Below are positions 8,119 to 18,446 of a stretch of 64,000 nucleotides of DNA, piece after piece; position 1 is the first letter of the stretch, and the number at the start of each line of letters is the position of its first letter. The stretch is from Acidimicrobiia bacterium. Its GTDB lineage: Bacteria > Actinomycetota > Acidimicrobiia > Spongiisociales > ZC4RG35. The position numbers and the translations under genes were made by a program. The DNA lies in NCBI GenBank assembly GCA_965261135.1, contig OZ253443.1, forward strand, positions 2,597,677 to 2,661,676. The letters run 5' to 3'. A model generated the notes under the pieces. That model had not been told where the DNA came from. It saw nothing but the letters and a program-made list of their open reading frames with translations, and made no database searches.

Positions 8119-8868
8119 CTAGGTAGTCAAGGGTGTCATACGGTTCCTACACGAAAGAACCCGGCCAGGGGCTGATCCTGTCGTGATATCCGCCTTACAG
8201 AGGCGAGGCACTATCCACCTCCAACAACGCAAGCACGGAACACCTAAGGATCAACAAGCAGTCATGCCCCTGAGTCCGGACCGATCCGAACCCCCAAAGC
8301 CTGGGCAGGAACCTATCTGATTGGCTGGTGAACCGGGACGGGGCAGCAGCGTATGACGGGTCCACGAACCCCTCCACACCAACCACTGCGAGATTCTCGG
8401 TAGAAGACGGCACCGCCCCAGGCGAGCAACAGCAAACCGGATATGCAACTCATCGCCAGCCCGAGCCTAGCATCAGCCGGATGCTATTACATCGCTATAT
8501 CTCTCATTCTAACGCTATATAGGATAACATATTCAATCACAATGTGGACTATGTGTGTGCAATGCTGAATGGTCACACCTAACCAACCCAACGGCCGCCC
8601 CTCGAGGAACACCCCCGCTCGCACCCCGCGTCACTAATGCGCGAAAGCCGATTTTCAGCGCGTTTACCGTTAACAGAAAGTGCCAGACCCCCCATTGCTG
8701 TGGGGGGCCCGGCTAAGAACCGATCCCCCGGAGTTTGACAGGAGAACGGGTTCGATGCGATTCATTCTATCCGACGAAACCGCAGCCCGGACACAGTTCC
8801 AGGCTTCCATCGTTGACGCGGTGCGGTCCTCGCTCCCTCCTTCGAGACCCGGAGAAAGGTACAGGACC

Positions 8869-9195
8869 ATGAACACCAAACCCGCTACTAACTGGGCTGT
8901 CCCACCCAACACCCCGGCAGCCGTCCCCCAAAAACAGCCAGAAGTGCCGTCCAGCGGAAGTGACGGCCTCCCACCGAGCGGAAACCTTGGCGACCAGGAA
9001 ACACCCCCCATCCGGATCCTGTCCATCGACCAGGTCGAGGCGAAGGTCGGACTGCACCGAGCGACGATCTACCGCCTCGTCGCTCAGGACCTCTTCCCCA
9101 AACAGGTCCGACTCTCCTCCAACCGGGTGGGATGGATCGAATCCGAAGTGGAAGCATGGCTCCGCAACAGGGCGAACGACAGGAAAGAAAGATGA
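8869..9195 (+). CDS. AlpA-family regulator/excisionase
   Basis: ILSIDQVEAKVGLHRATIYRLVAQDLFPKQVRLSSNRVGWIESEVEAWL; GAAAGG RBS before ATG 8869. Confidence 0.88.
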   Translation: MNTKPATNWAVPPNTPAAVPQKQPEVPSSGSDGLPPSGNLGDQETPPIRILSIDQVEAKVGLHRATIYRLVAQDLFPKQVRLSSNRVGWIESEVEAWLRNRANDRKER

Positions 9196-9479
9196 CCAAC
9201 CAGAAGAACAAAAAATGGAGAGGGAAACTGTCCGCGACACGGGTGGCCCAAATCCGCCAACCGGGATATTACCGGGACTATGAGGTGCCCGGCCATTGGT
9301 TGCGAGTGCAGAACACGAGCCGGGGTATTAGCAAGTCCTGGGTGCAGCGGGTGACGATCGACGGGCAGGTCACCAACCTCGGCCACGGCCATTACCCCGA
9401 AGTCGCCCTCGAAGAGGCCCGACGGCGCGCCTGGGCGGCTCTGGATGAGATCGCAGCACGCCGGGATCCCCGACAATGA
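9192..9479 (+). CDS. Stand-alone integrase arm-type DNA-binding domain (P4 Int N-terminus)
   Basis: KSWVQRVTIDGQVTNLGHGHYPEVALEEARRRA...DPR; ATGA overlaps with alpA and with the next ORF. Confidence 0.75.
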   Translation: MTNQKNKKWRGKLSATRVAQIRQPGYYRDYEVPGHWLRVQNTSRGISKSWVQRVTIDGQVTNLGHGHYPEVALEEARRRAWAALDEIAARRDPRQ

Positions 9480-10354
9480 AACTCACCGTCCGCCAAGTAG
9501 GCGGAAAAGTGGTCGAGATCCGCTCGGTCGGATGGAGAGGCACCGGTACCCGGAAGCGATGGGTAACCGACTTGGCAAAATTTGTCTACCCCCATATCGG
9601 TGACCTTAGGGTGAAGGTAGTCACCAGCGCCCATCTGATGGCTTTCCTAGTGCCTCTCCTGCGGGAGAAGCCCGAGACAGCCCGTCAGGTGCTGTCCCAC
9701 TTGCGGGTTATCTTTGCCTGGGTCCGGGCGCACAACCTCCGGGGTGATGATCCCACAGAGATAGTCGCTAAGGCGCTGGGACTCATCAAGACCCGGGGCG
9801 AGCACATGCCGGCGCTTCCCCACGACCAGGTCGCCCCAGCACTGGAGCGAATCGACTCGTCGCGTGCTCACTGGGCCACCAAGTCCGTGGCGAAGGTGAT
9901 GGCACACACCGGGGCCAGGCAGAAAGAGATCCGCGGTGCCCGATGGGAAGAAGTCAACTACGACGACGCCGTACTGACTGTGCCAGGTAGCCGGACCAAA
10001 TCCGGCCAACCCCACAGGATCCCCCTTACCGGACCCGTCCTCGCCATTTTCGACCAGGCCAGAGAGCGCACCGGCGGTGTCGGGTTTGTGTTCCCCTCCC
10101 AGAGGGGCGGGCCGATCTCTGATGGCACGCTCAGCAAACTCATGAAGGCGCACCGAATTGGAAGCGTTCCGCACGGATATCGCAGCAGCGTTGCCTCCTG
10201 GGCAATCGAGAACCGCATCGAACGCACCCTGGTACGACTGATTCTCGGACACACCGTCCCCGACCTGCCCGCGGGTATCGACCTGCTTGAGCAGAGGCGA
10301 GCAGTGATGGAACAGTGGTCCCGGTACCTGACCGGCGCCACCACCACCGACTGA
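9476..10354 (+). CDS. Tyrosine-integrase core/catalytic domain apparently lacking the nucleophilic Tyr
   Basis: TGARQKE, RTKSG, PHGYRS, LGH present; no Tyr between LGH and DLLEQRR. Confidence 0.7.
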   Translation: MKLTVRQVGGKVVEIRSVGWRGTGTRKRWVTDLAKFVYPHIGDLRVKVVTSAHLMAFLVPLLREKPETARQVLSHLRVIFAWVRAHNLRGDDPTEIVAKALGLIKTRGEHMPALPHDQVAPALERIDSSRAHWATKSVAKVMAHTGARQKEIRGARWEEVNYDDAVLTVPGSRTKSGQPHRIPLTGPVLAIFDQARERTGGVGFVFPSQRGGPISDGTLSKLMKAHRIGSVPHGYRSSVASWAIENRIERTLVRLILGHTVPDLPAGIDLLEQRRAVMEQWSRYLTGATTTD

Positions 10355-10434
10355 CCATGCCCCACCCCCGCCCACCACCATCCTCAAGCCTTCACACCTA
10401 ATCCCGAACAAACGAGCAGAAAAGAGAACAACAA

Positions 10435-11586
10435 ATGGCTAAGTATCAACCTCAAAGACTCACCGACGCGTTTCTCCGGACCCTCAAGAAGCCCGGACGC
10501 CATACCGACGGTCCCGGGAGTCACGGCCTCACCGCAGACGCCAGATTGCTCAAGTCCGGCCAGTTCGTCATATTCTTCGAGCAAAGGATCCGCATCCTAC
10601 AGAAGGTCACAACACTGAGATTGGGGAAGTACTCCTACCTCACCCTCAAGCAGGCGCGTAAAAAGGCCGCAGCCAACACCCGAGCCGTCCAAGCAGGCCG
10701 CGACCCCCGATCCAGCGGGAAGCGCACTTTCGAAGAAATCGCCATCGAGTACATCGAGCTCTTAAAAGCACGCGGTTGGTGGCGGGAAGGAAGCCGCAGC
10801 TACCAAATCTGGATGAACAGCCTCCGCACCTATGTGTTCCCCTACATCGGACCCCTTCCGCCGGATCAAATCAGCAGCCTCCACATCATCCAACTCCTGC
10901 AGCCGATATGGACCAGCATAAACCCAACAGCCGTAAAGATCGCGGGTCGGATCAGCGAGGTGATGGACTACGCCATCGCCTGGGAACTGTGTGAAACCAA
11001 CCCCGTCCCCCGAGCCCTACCCGGTCTCGGCCCAGTCCACACAACAACCGAGCACCACAAAGCCCTCGACCACTGGCTCCTCGAAGACGCGATCAGGACC
11101 GTGGCCGCGTCCGGCGCCCACCCCAACGCCATCAACGCCCTCATACTCATCTTCCTCACCGGCGTCCGCAGCGGCGAAGCCCTGAACGCCACCTGGGACC
11201 AGGTCGACCTCAACAAAGGCACATTGACCATACCAGCGTCCAAAGACGGCCTGAGCCTCCGCGTGCCCCTCTGCGACGCTTTGATACGAGTGCTCAAAGA
11301 CACCGCCCCGCCCGGAAGCCGCACCGGACTAATATTCACCGCGCCCAGGGGCGGAAAAATATACTCCCAGACCCTAGGGAACCTACTTGAGGACAACGGA
11401 ATCGAGATGGACGTCCACGGCGCCAGGACATGCTTCCGAACCTGGGCAAAGAAAACAGGCATAGACGACGACCTAGCAGAAGCCGTCCTAGCCCACGGAA
11501 GAACCGACGACCCCTACATGCGCTACGACCTCCTCACAGAAAGAGCCAAAGTCCTACAACAATGGGCGGACTACCTAAACATCTAA
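10435..11586 (+). CDS. P4-type tyrosine integrase (intact)
   Basis: Arm domain, TGVRSGE, VHGARTCF, LAHGRTDDPYMRYDLL with catalytic Tyr; adjacent to tRNA 3' end. Confidence 0.92.
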   Translation: MAKYQPQRLTDAFLRTLKKPGRHTDGPGSHGLTADARLLKSGQFVIFFEQRIRILQKVTTLRLGKYSYLTLKQARKKAAANTRAVQAGRDPRSSGKRTFEEIAIEYIELLKARGWWREGSRSYQIWMNSLRTYVFPYIGPLPPDQISSLHIIQLLQPIWTSINPTAVKIAGRISEVMDYAIAWELCETNPVPRALPGLGPVHTTTEHHKALDHWLLEDAIRTVAASGAHPNAINALILIFLTGVRSGEALNATWDQVDLNKGTLTIPASKDGLSLRVPLCDALIRVLKDTAPPGSRTGLIFTAPRGGKIYSQTLGNLLEDNGIEMDVHGARTCFRTWAKKTGIDDDLAEAVLAHGRTDDPYMRYDLLTERAKVLQQWADYLNI

Positions 11587-11715
11587 CCAAACCCCCCAAC
11601 AGGACCACACCACCCCCCGCAAGTTACCCAACCAACCCCCCAACACAAACTGACACCCAGAACGGTACACCAACCGCCTATACTCCTGTGACCAGGGCAA
11701 ACAGCACAGTATTTG

Positions 11716-11789
11716 TGGAGACGATGGGACTTGAACCCACGACCTCCTGCTTGCAAAGCAGGCGCTCTTCCAGGCTGAGCTACGTCCCC
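11716..11789 (-). tRNA. tRNA-Ala (TGC), CCA not encoded
   Basis: GGGGACGTAGCTCAG...TTTGCAA...GTTCAAGTCCC...CGTCTCCA cloverleaf. Confidence 0.96.
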
Positions 11790-12057
11790 CTATTGGAGAC
11801 CGAGGATAACGCGCTGGAGCAATCCAGGTCCAATGCCTTTGAGTCTTGGGATGTGACCAGCGCCGGTCGGCGCAGCGTTCGAGGCATCAATGTCACCAGA
11901 GGCCGGCGACAAATCCTTCAACAACACAATCAGCTAGCGACAACGTCAGGTGTCTGTGTTCCACATTTCGCCTTCTTGACCACCAAGCCTATGATGCGAG
12001 GTGCAGCTATTGCAGGTGTATGCGGTATTCGCCGCATCGGAGGTAGGTGAAGACTAA

Positions 12058-13134
12058 ATGGCTGGTATCTACGGAGGGAAGCAGACCACTACGCCGCCGG
12101 GCACGACCGATTTCTTCAGCGATACCAAGTCGATACCTTCCCGTGAGATGCGGGAAGCAGCTCTCGACGCACCAATCGGTGATGAGCAAAAGGGTGAAGA
12201 CCCAACAACGGCCAGGCTCCTGGATCGCGTGGCAGAGATCCTCGGCAAACAAGACGCCATCTTCATGGCCTCAGCAACGATGGCAAACGAGGTCGCCCTC
12301 GCCGCTCACTGCCGCCCCGGCGATGAAGTGATTTGTGAGAGGACTTCACACATCGTCAATTTTGAGGCTGGTGGCTCGGGTGCTATCGCCGGAGTGCAGA
12401 CACAGTTGGTGGACGGCGAAAACGGGATGTTTAGCCCACACCAGGTTGCCGCGGCACTGCGGCCTAAAGGAAATTTGTATCTTCCCGAGACCGCCTTGGT
12501 CACTGTCGAGCAAACCGCCAACATGGGAGGCGGTGCTGTTTGGCCTCTCCAGCAACTAAGAGACGTCGCCAAAATCGCCGCCGAGGCCGGAGTGGCAACT
12601 CACATGGACGGAGCCCGGCTGATGAACGCAGTTGTCAAGACGGGCATATCGGCCAAGGACTATGCAGAGCCGTTTGATTCCGTCGTGATCTGTTTCACAA
12701 AAGGCCTCGGTTGTCCCTTTGGCGCGGTGCTCGCTGGCTCCAAAGAATTCATTCAACGAATCTGGCGCATTCGACAGCGCATCGGAGGAGGCTTGCGACA
12801 GTCTGGCTTCATGGCAGCACTTTGCTTGTATGCCCTCGATCACAATGTGGAGAGACTGGCAGTCGATCATCGCCACGCGGCTCAGATCGCAGCAGCGCTG
12901 GAATGCCTTGGGTGGGTGGAAGAAGTCTTGCCGGCAGAGACCAACATCGTGATCTTCGATATTTCTCGAGACGGTCCGACGGCAGCCCAACTCGTCGACC
13001 AGTTGCTTTCACGGGGCTTCGGCGTCGGTGCTTTTGGCGAGAGGCGGATTCGGATAGTCACACACCTGGGAGTGGATCAGAATGACACAAAACGTCTCTG
13101 CGGTGCTCTGGAAACGCTTCTGACCCCCGCCTAA
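12058..13134 (+). CDS. ltaE: Low-specificity L-threonine aldolase family (PLP)
   Basis: DFFSDT, GEDPT, TMAN, HMDGARL, CFTKGLG. Confidence 0.85.
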   Translation: MAGIYGGKQTTTPPGTTDFFSDTKSIPSREMREAALDAPIGDEQKGEDPTTARLLDRVAEILGKQDAIFMASATMANEVALAAHCRPGDEVICERTSHIVNFEAGGSGAIAGVQTQLVDGENGMFSPHQVAAALRPKGNLYLPETALVTVEQTANMGGGAVWPLQQLRDVAKIAAEAGVATHMDGARLMNAVVKTGISAKDYAEPFDSVVICFTKGLGCPFGAVLAGSKEFIQRIWRIRQRIGGGLRQSGFMAALCLYALDHNVERLAVDHRHAAQIAAALECLGWVEEVLPAETNIVIFDISRDGPTAAQLVDQLLSRGFGVGAFGERRIRIVTHLGVDQNDTKRLCGALETLLTPA

Positions 13135-13220
13135 CAGGCGGCTCAAAGAGTGCTCTGAGGTGGTTCGCCGGGCCGGAAACTGCGGAGACTGTGAGCCAAA
13201 GAGGGTCCGAACCCAAAACC

Positions 13221-14453
13221 CTAGGAGTCTGACGTCCCCCGTTGAACTCGACGGGGATCCAGCACCGCATCCTTCAAGGTAAACCACAGGTAGGGTGCAA
13301 CGGCCGCCGCCGAGAGGGCTGAAGCCATGTAGGTGTAGCCGATTCCGGCCCACGCAGCCACTAATCCCCCGAAAATAGCTCCGATGGGTACCGCCCCATG
13401 GACCACGAACAAGAAGCCGGCCAAGACACGCCCGAGAATCCGATCAGGCACCGCCGCCTGGCGATAGGACATGGCCACAACATCGATCTGAGCAGTCGCA
13501 AACCCGACCACCGCCAATCCCAGCCCACCGATCAAAGCGACTCTTGAGAATCCCACCAGCGAGAATCCGCTCGCTACGACAAGCACCGCAGCAACGCAAA
13601 TCCTCCACCGCGGGAGCTTCATAGCAATTGGCGGAGCCGCGATATAACCAAGGAAGTAGCCCACAGCCAACGCGCTGAGGGTGAGACCGAAACCAAAACC
13701 CGTCAGCCCGAAGCGGTCCTGGGCAATCAACACGAAGACCGACAAACTAGCAGCAGTTGCGAAATGGAGAGTACCGCTGCCTATTACAAAAGCCCTCAGG
13801 ACACCGTCTGTCCACACCCAGCGCAACCCTTCGAGAGTTTCAGCCAGTAGCCCGGCGCCACGGTCTTCCGACAGTCTTTCTTTCCCTCCCCTTGGAAGCC
13901 CCACCACGACTATGGCCGCCGTCAGGAAACAAACTGCATCTACCCCAACCGGCGCCCATGCCGCGTAAGCAAAGAGCCATCCTCCGAGCGCCGGCCCTGC
14001 AAAGCGTTGAGCCAAGGTCTGAGTTCCAAACAGCCAACTGTTAGCGATGTCGAGTTGGGCGGGGGTCACCAACCCGGGCACAAGGGCAAGGCCCGCGGGA
14101 TCAAAGAGGGTCTCACCTATACCAATGAGTAACAGAAACGCATACAAGACGACGATTGACTCGCCGCCCATGAAGACGTAGAGGGCGGCAACGCCCATGA
14201 CTACCGCCCGTCCGGCTTCAGCCAGAACCATCAGACCTCGGCGTTCAACTCGATCAACGATCGTCCCCGAGAGGGGCCCGACCAGGATCCAGGGAAGACC
14301 GGCAGCCACAGTTAGCCCGCTTATCACCACGGGGTTCCGGGTAGTTGAAGCTACCAACAACGGAAAGGCCGCTACCAGAATCCCGTTACCGACATTCGAG
14401 ATCGTATAGCCGGCGAGCAGCCTCCTGTAAGAGCGGCCCAGCCTCTGACTCAT
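13221..14453 (-). CDS. MFS transporter
   Basis: About 12 hydrophobic helices; MFS motif A GTIVDRVERR. Confidence 0.9.
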   Translation of the reverse strand: MSQRLGRSYRRLLAGYTISNVGNGILVAAFPLLVASTTRNPVVISGLTVAAGLPWILVGPLSGTIVDRVERRGLMVLAEAGRAVVMGVAALYVFMGGESIVVLYAFLLLIGIGETLFDPAGLALVPGLVTPAQLDIANSWLFGTQTLAQRFAGPALGGWLFAYAAWAPVGVDAVCFLTAAIVVVGLPRGGKERLSEDRGAGLLAETLEGLRWVWTDGVLRAFVIGSGTLHFATAASLSVFVLIAQDRFGLTGFGFGLTLSALAVGYFLGYIAAPPIAMKLPRWRICVAAVLVVASGFSLVGFSRVALIGGLGLAVVGFATAQIDVVAMSYRQAAVPDRILGRVLAGFLFVVHGAVPIGAIFGGLVAAWAGIGYTYMASALSAAAVAPYLWFTLKDAVLDPRRVQRGTSDS

Positions 14454-14521
14454 TGCAGCATCAATCCGGACAGTCCGTGGCTTTTAGCGGTGCGCGCCAC
14501 ATGGAAATGTGGATCCATTGG

Positions 14522-15499
14522 CTAACGCAACCAACATGCCGCTTTGTGGTCCGGTGCTTTGATTTCCAACGCTGGCTCAGCATCGCGACACCGCGCCTCG
14601 GCAAGAGGGCACCTGGTGTGAAAACGGCATCCCGTGGGTGGGTTTATCGGGTCCGGCACCTCACCTGGTATCACATTCAGCGCTCGAGCGCGCTCAATCC
14701 TCGGATCGGGTATGGGAACAGAAGATAGAAGAACCTCCGTGTAGGGGTGGATTGGATTCCGGTAGATCCTCTCTCCGGTTGCAACCTCCACGAGCTTTCC
14801 GGCGTACATGATTCCCACCCGATGAGAGATGTGGCGCACGACGGCCAAGTCATGGGCAATGAAAATGTAGGTGAGGTCGAGCCGTTTTTGAAGATCCTGC
14901 AGCAGGTTGACGACCTGCGCCTGAATAGATACGTCCAATGCCGAAACCGGCTCGTCGGCGATGATCAGATCGGGGTTGAGCGCCAGCGCACGGGCAATAA
15001 CGATTCGCTGACGTTGACCACCGCTGAACGCATGCGGATATTTGTCCATATCGGCTGCATTCATGCCTGTCAGTTCGAGCAACTCAACCACTCGTTCGGC
15101 AGCTCCCCTGGCGCTTTTGAACCGTCGGTGCACCACCAGCGGTTCGGCGATGAGTTCTCGGACCTTCATGCGAGGGTTGAGGCTTCCATAGGGGTTCTGA
15201 GGAATCAACTGCATGTTCCGGCGTATCGATCGCCGTTCCCGCCCCTCCAGCCCGGTGATGTCGCGGCCTGCGAATCTGACACGACCGGAGGTGATGGGCA
15301 CCTTCCCCAGAATGGCGCGCCCGGTTGTGGTTTTGCCCGAGCCCGACTCCCCCACCAGCCCGAACGTCTCACCGCGCTCGATCGAGAAGCTGATGTCGTC
15401 GACCGCGGTAAGGCGCGTTTGGCGTTGACCCCAGAAGCCCACGCGGCCGACGTTGTATGTGACCGTGAGTCCCTGAACTTCGAGGAGGGCGCTAGCCAT
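14522..15499 (-). CDS. Peptide/nickel ABC transporter ATP-binding subunit (OppF-like)
   Basis: [21 protein letters not shown]-terminal GCRFHTRC. Confidence 0.93.
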   Translation of the reverse strand: MASALLEVQGLTVTYNVGRVGFWGQRQTRLTAVDDISFSIERGETFGLVGESGSGKTTTGRAILGKVPITSGRVRFAGRDITGLEGRERRSIRRNMQLIPQNPYGSLNPRMKVRELIAEPLVVHRRFKSARGAAERVVELLELTGMNAADMDKYPHAFSGGQRQRIVIARALALNPDLIIADEPVSALDVSIQAQVVNLLQDLQKRLDLTYIFIAHDLAVVRHISHRVGIMYAGKLVEVATGERIYRNPIHPYTEVLLSSVPIPDPRIERARALNVIPGEVPDPINPPTGCRFHTRCPLAEARCRDAEPALEIKAPDHKAACWLR

Positions 15500-16505
15500 G
15501 CCCGAACTTCTCCCGAGTGGCCGCCAGGTCCGGTCGACTGTTCAAAGGATGCCAGCAGGCAAATCCCCGGCCTTCCGAAGATAGTTCAAGAACCGGTGAC
15601 ACGGACTCACAACGGGTCGTTGCGTAGGGACATCGAGGGGTGAAGCTGCAGCCGGCGTTGACATGTCGAAGATCGGGAGGCTGGCCCTCGATTGTCATGA
15701 GACGTTCCGCCTTCACATCGAGGCGAGGTGTTGAGCCCAAAAGAGCAGCCGTATACGGATGATGGGGGCGATAAAACAACTCGTCTGCCGTCCCCGACTC
15801 GACGATCTCCCCCGCGTACAGGACATTGAGAAAGTCACAGGCCCCGGCGACCACCCCGAGGTCGTGAGTGATCAGCAGGAGCGCCAGACCCAAATCTCTC
15901 TGAAGAGAGGAGATCAGTTCGAGGATCTGCGCCTGGGTGGTCACGTCGAGAGCCGTGGTCGGCTCGTCGGCGATCAGCATCATGGGATCACACGACAGCG
16001 CTATGGCAATTACCACTCGCTGCTGCATGCCGCCGGAGAACTCGAACGGATACTGACCGAGGCGGCGCCCGGGGTCGGGGATCCCAACCTTCTCCAACAA
16101 ATCGGCTGCTCTCGTGAGGGCTTCCCTCCTGCCTAGATCCAGATGCCGCGTCATGACCTCGCTCATCTGCGTGCCGATCGTGAGGATCGGGTTCATCGAC
16201 GCCATGGGGTCTTGGGACACTATGCTGATCTCCCGGCCGCGCACCCGCCGGGAGACCCTCTTATCCCGGAGCGACCGGCCCCTCCACAGAACCTCGCCGC
16301 CGATGATCCGGCCCGGCAGCTCGATCAGCCCTAGGGCCGCACGAGCTATGGTGCTCTTGCCGGACCCCGACTCGCCGACAATCCCCAGTGATTCACCCGC
16401 ATCGACAGTGAAGGAGACATCCCGGACAGCTTGGACCGTGCCGCCCCGAGCCGGGAAGACCACCTCAAGATTGCGAATTTCCAGGAGATGGTCGCCGTGT
16501 CTCAT
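15492..16505 (-). CDS. Peptide/nickel ABC transporter ATP-binding subunit (OppD-like)
   Basis: [24 protein letters not shown]; start set at ATG 16505 overlapping the permease stop. Confidence 0.92.
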   Translation of the reverse strand: MRHGDHLLEIRNLEVVFPARGGTVQAVRDVSFTVDAGESLGIVGESGSGKSTIARAALGLIELPGRIIGGEVLWRGRSLRDKRVSRRVRGREISIVSQDPMASMNPILTIGTQMSEVMTRHLDLGRREALTRAADLLEKVGIPDPGRRLGQYPFEFSGGMQQRVVIAIALSCDPMMLIADEPTTALDVTTQAQILELISSLQRDLGLALLLITHDLGVVAGACDFLNVLYAGEIVESGTADELFYRPHHPYTAALLGSTPRLDVKAERLMTIEGQPPDLRHVNAGCSFTPRCPYATTRCESVSPVLELSSEGRGFACWHPLNSRPDLAATREKFGHG

Positions 16506-17449
16506 CCCGACCAGCCCGTAGGGGCGTCGGCTGCCGCGGCGAACCGCTTGGCGCTTTCCTCGGGATCGGCTGCGACTCTGAGCCAACTGGCCAGGAGATT
16601 GATCCCCAACACCGCCACCGCGATGGCGATTCCGGGAAAGAGGATCAACCAGGGAGCGGAAAAGACGTACTGTCGACCGATCGCCACGTCGAGTCCCCAC
16701 GAGGTCTGCGGTGGCTGGATTCCCAGCCCGAGGAACGAGAGGGCGGCCTCGGAGAGAATCACATGGGCCGACTCGAGGACCGCCAAGGTCAGCAGCGGCG
16801 CGGTGAGGTTGGGCGCGATATGGCGCACCATGATGCGAACCGGTGATGCCCCGACCAGCTCCGCCGCCTCCACGTATTCGGCCTCTCGCGCCGACAGGAC
16901 GAGCCCTCGCGTCATCCGGGCGAACACCATCCAGATCCTTAGTGACAGCACGATGGCAAGAGTCAAGAAACTCGGCCCCACCACGGCGAGAATCGTCAGG
17001 GCCAGGAGGAGTCCGGGGAAAGAGAACAGCGTGTCGACGATGCGCATGATGACGGCGTCTGTCCTTCCGCCCCGGTATCCGGCCAGCAAGCCGACCGCGG
17101 TCCCGAAGATGCCGGCCAGCGTCACCGCTACCAGGGGGATGGTGAGAGATATTCTGGCGCCGTGGATGACCCGTGAGAACACGTCCCGGCCCAGTTGGTC
17201 CGTGCCGAGGATGTGTTCAAAGGAGCCGCCCTCGGCGTAGAAGGGCGGAAGCAGCCGCCCACCCAGATCTTGCTTATTGGGGTCTAGTGGAGCGATCATT
17301 GGGGCGAAGAGGGCGGTTGCGACCAACAGCACCAGGACAAGGATTCCAAACACGGCAGTGGGATCACGGAGAATCCGAATGAGCCAACCGGCCGATCGCG
17401 GGCGGTTGGCCCGACTACCAGGGTGAGGGGCGGAGTCCATGGCACTCAA
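16502..17449 (-). CDS. Peptide ABC transporter permease (OppC-like)
   Basis: LGTDQLGRD, EYVEAA loop, EAALSFLGLG. Confidence 0.93.
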   Translation of the reverse strand: MSAMDSAPHPGSRANRPRSAGWLIRILRDPTAVFGILVLVLLVATALFAPMIAPLDPNKQDLGGRLLPPFYAEGGSFEHILGTDQLGRDVFSRVIHGARISLTIPLVAVTLAGIFGTAVGLLAGYRGGRTDAVIMRIVDTLFSFPGLLLALTILAVVGPSFLTLAIVLSLRIWMVFARMTRGLVLSAREAEYVEAAELVGASPVRIMVRHIAPNLTAPLLTLAVLESAHVILSEAALSFLGLGIQPPQTSWGLDVAIGRQYVFSAPWLILFPGIAIAVAVLGINLLASWLRVAADPEESAKRFAAAADAPTGWSG

Positions 17450-18366
17450 TCGAAGTTCACTCGCGGATCGAGCAACGTGTAGGTGACGTCAACGATGATG
17501 TTGATCACGACCACCATGATCGCTATCACGAAGACAACCGCTTGGAGGAGGATGATGTCGTGCCGCTCTATGGCTTGCATTGCGGTAAAACCGATCCCCG
17601 GCCAGGCGTAAACCGTCTCGACCACGACCGCTCCTCCGGCCAAGGCGCCGATCAACTCCCAGCCGGCGATGGTGATGGTGGCGATGCCGGCGCCTTTAAG
17701 GGCATGAACGATCACGATACGAGCCCGAGATACTCCTCGGGCGGTCGCGTCCTTGACGTGCTGCGCGTTCAATTCATCGATCATCGAAGATCTCGTAACC
17801 AAGGCGATGCGTCCCACGATCGGTAGGGCGAGCACGAACGCCGGAAGCACCAGATGCTCGATCCCGCCGGAACCGGACGTAGGGAACCACCCGAGACCCA
17901 CACTGAAGAACACGATAAACACCAACCCGATCCAGAACTGTGGGAGCGAGACCCCCAGCAGACCGAGAGTGACGGCAGCTCGGTCCACCCACCCCCCGGG
18001 CCGCATACCGGAGACGACCCCGATCACCACGCCAAGCAGGACCCCCAGAGCGAAGCCGGCTGCCACCAGAACAATGGTGGGGAGCAACCGTTCGAGAACG
18101 ATGTCGATCGCTGGGCGTCGTTGCCAGAGGGAGTCCCCGAGGTCGAGTTGGACGGCGTCCACGATGTAGTCGCCCAGTTGGACCAGGATCGGTCTATCCA
18201 AGCCGAGTTGCGCTTCAAGGAGTGCGCGATTCTCCTCCGTGGCCTCCAGAGGCAGCATCACCGCCACCGGATCTCCGATGAGGCGCGTCACCACGAAGAC
18301 CACCACCATCACCGAGACCACTACCAACGCTGCTTGGGACAGGCGCTTCAGCAAGTATCGGCCCAT
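17446..18366 (-). CDS. Peptide ABC transporter permease (OppB-like)
   Basis: GLDRPI, HLVLPA, VVVETVYAWPGIG, LDPR. Confidence 0.93.
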   Translation of the reverse strand: MGRYLLKRLSQAALVVVSVMVVVFVVTRLIGDPVAVMLPLEATEENRALLEAQLGLDRPILVQLGDYIVDAVQLDLGDSLWQRRPAIDIVLERLLPTIVLVAAGFALGVLLGVVIGVVSGMRPGGWVDRAAVTLGLLGVSLPQFWIGLVFIVFFSVGLGWFPTSGSGGIEHLVLPAFVLALPIVGRIALVTRSSMIDELNAQHVKDATARGVSRARIVIVHALKGAGIATITIAGWELIGALAGGAVVVETVYAWPGIGFTAMQAIERHDIILLQAVVFVIAIMVVVINIIVDVTYTLLDPRVNFD

Positions 18367-18446
18367 GGCTTCTCCCGTCTCGTTGCTTCAACACCGGGCG
18401 CGCCACCCGATCCGATGATACGCCCGGTGTTGAATGTGTTGGGGTC

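Larger units (their letters stand above)
1..11715. mobile_element. Integrative (ICE/IME-like) element inserted at the 3' end of tRNA-Ala; left boundary outside the window
   Basis: P4-type tyrosine integrase ends ~130 bp from the tRNA-Ala 3' end; AlpA, RHH protein and TraD/VirD4-like ATPase upstream; strongly skewed base composition unlike the core genes; no second copy of the tRNA 3' end seen. Confidence 0.8.

Noticed and set aside
11430-12050. 206-aa ORF across the integrase end
   Set aside because: Overlaps tRNA-Ala antisense and low-complexity DNA; shadow ORF
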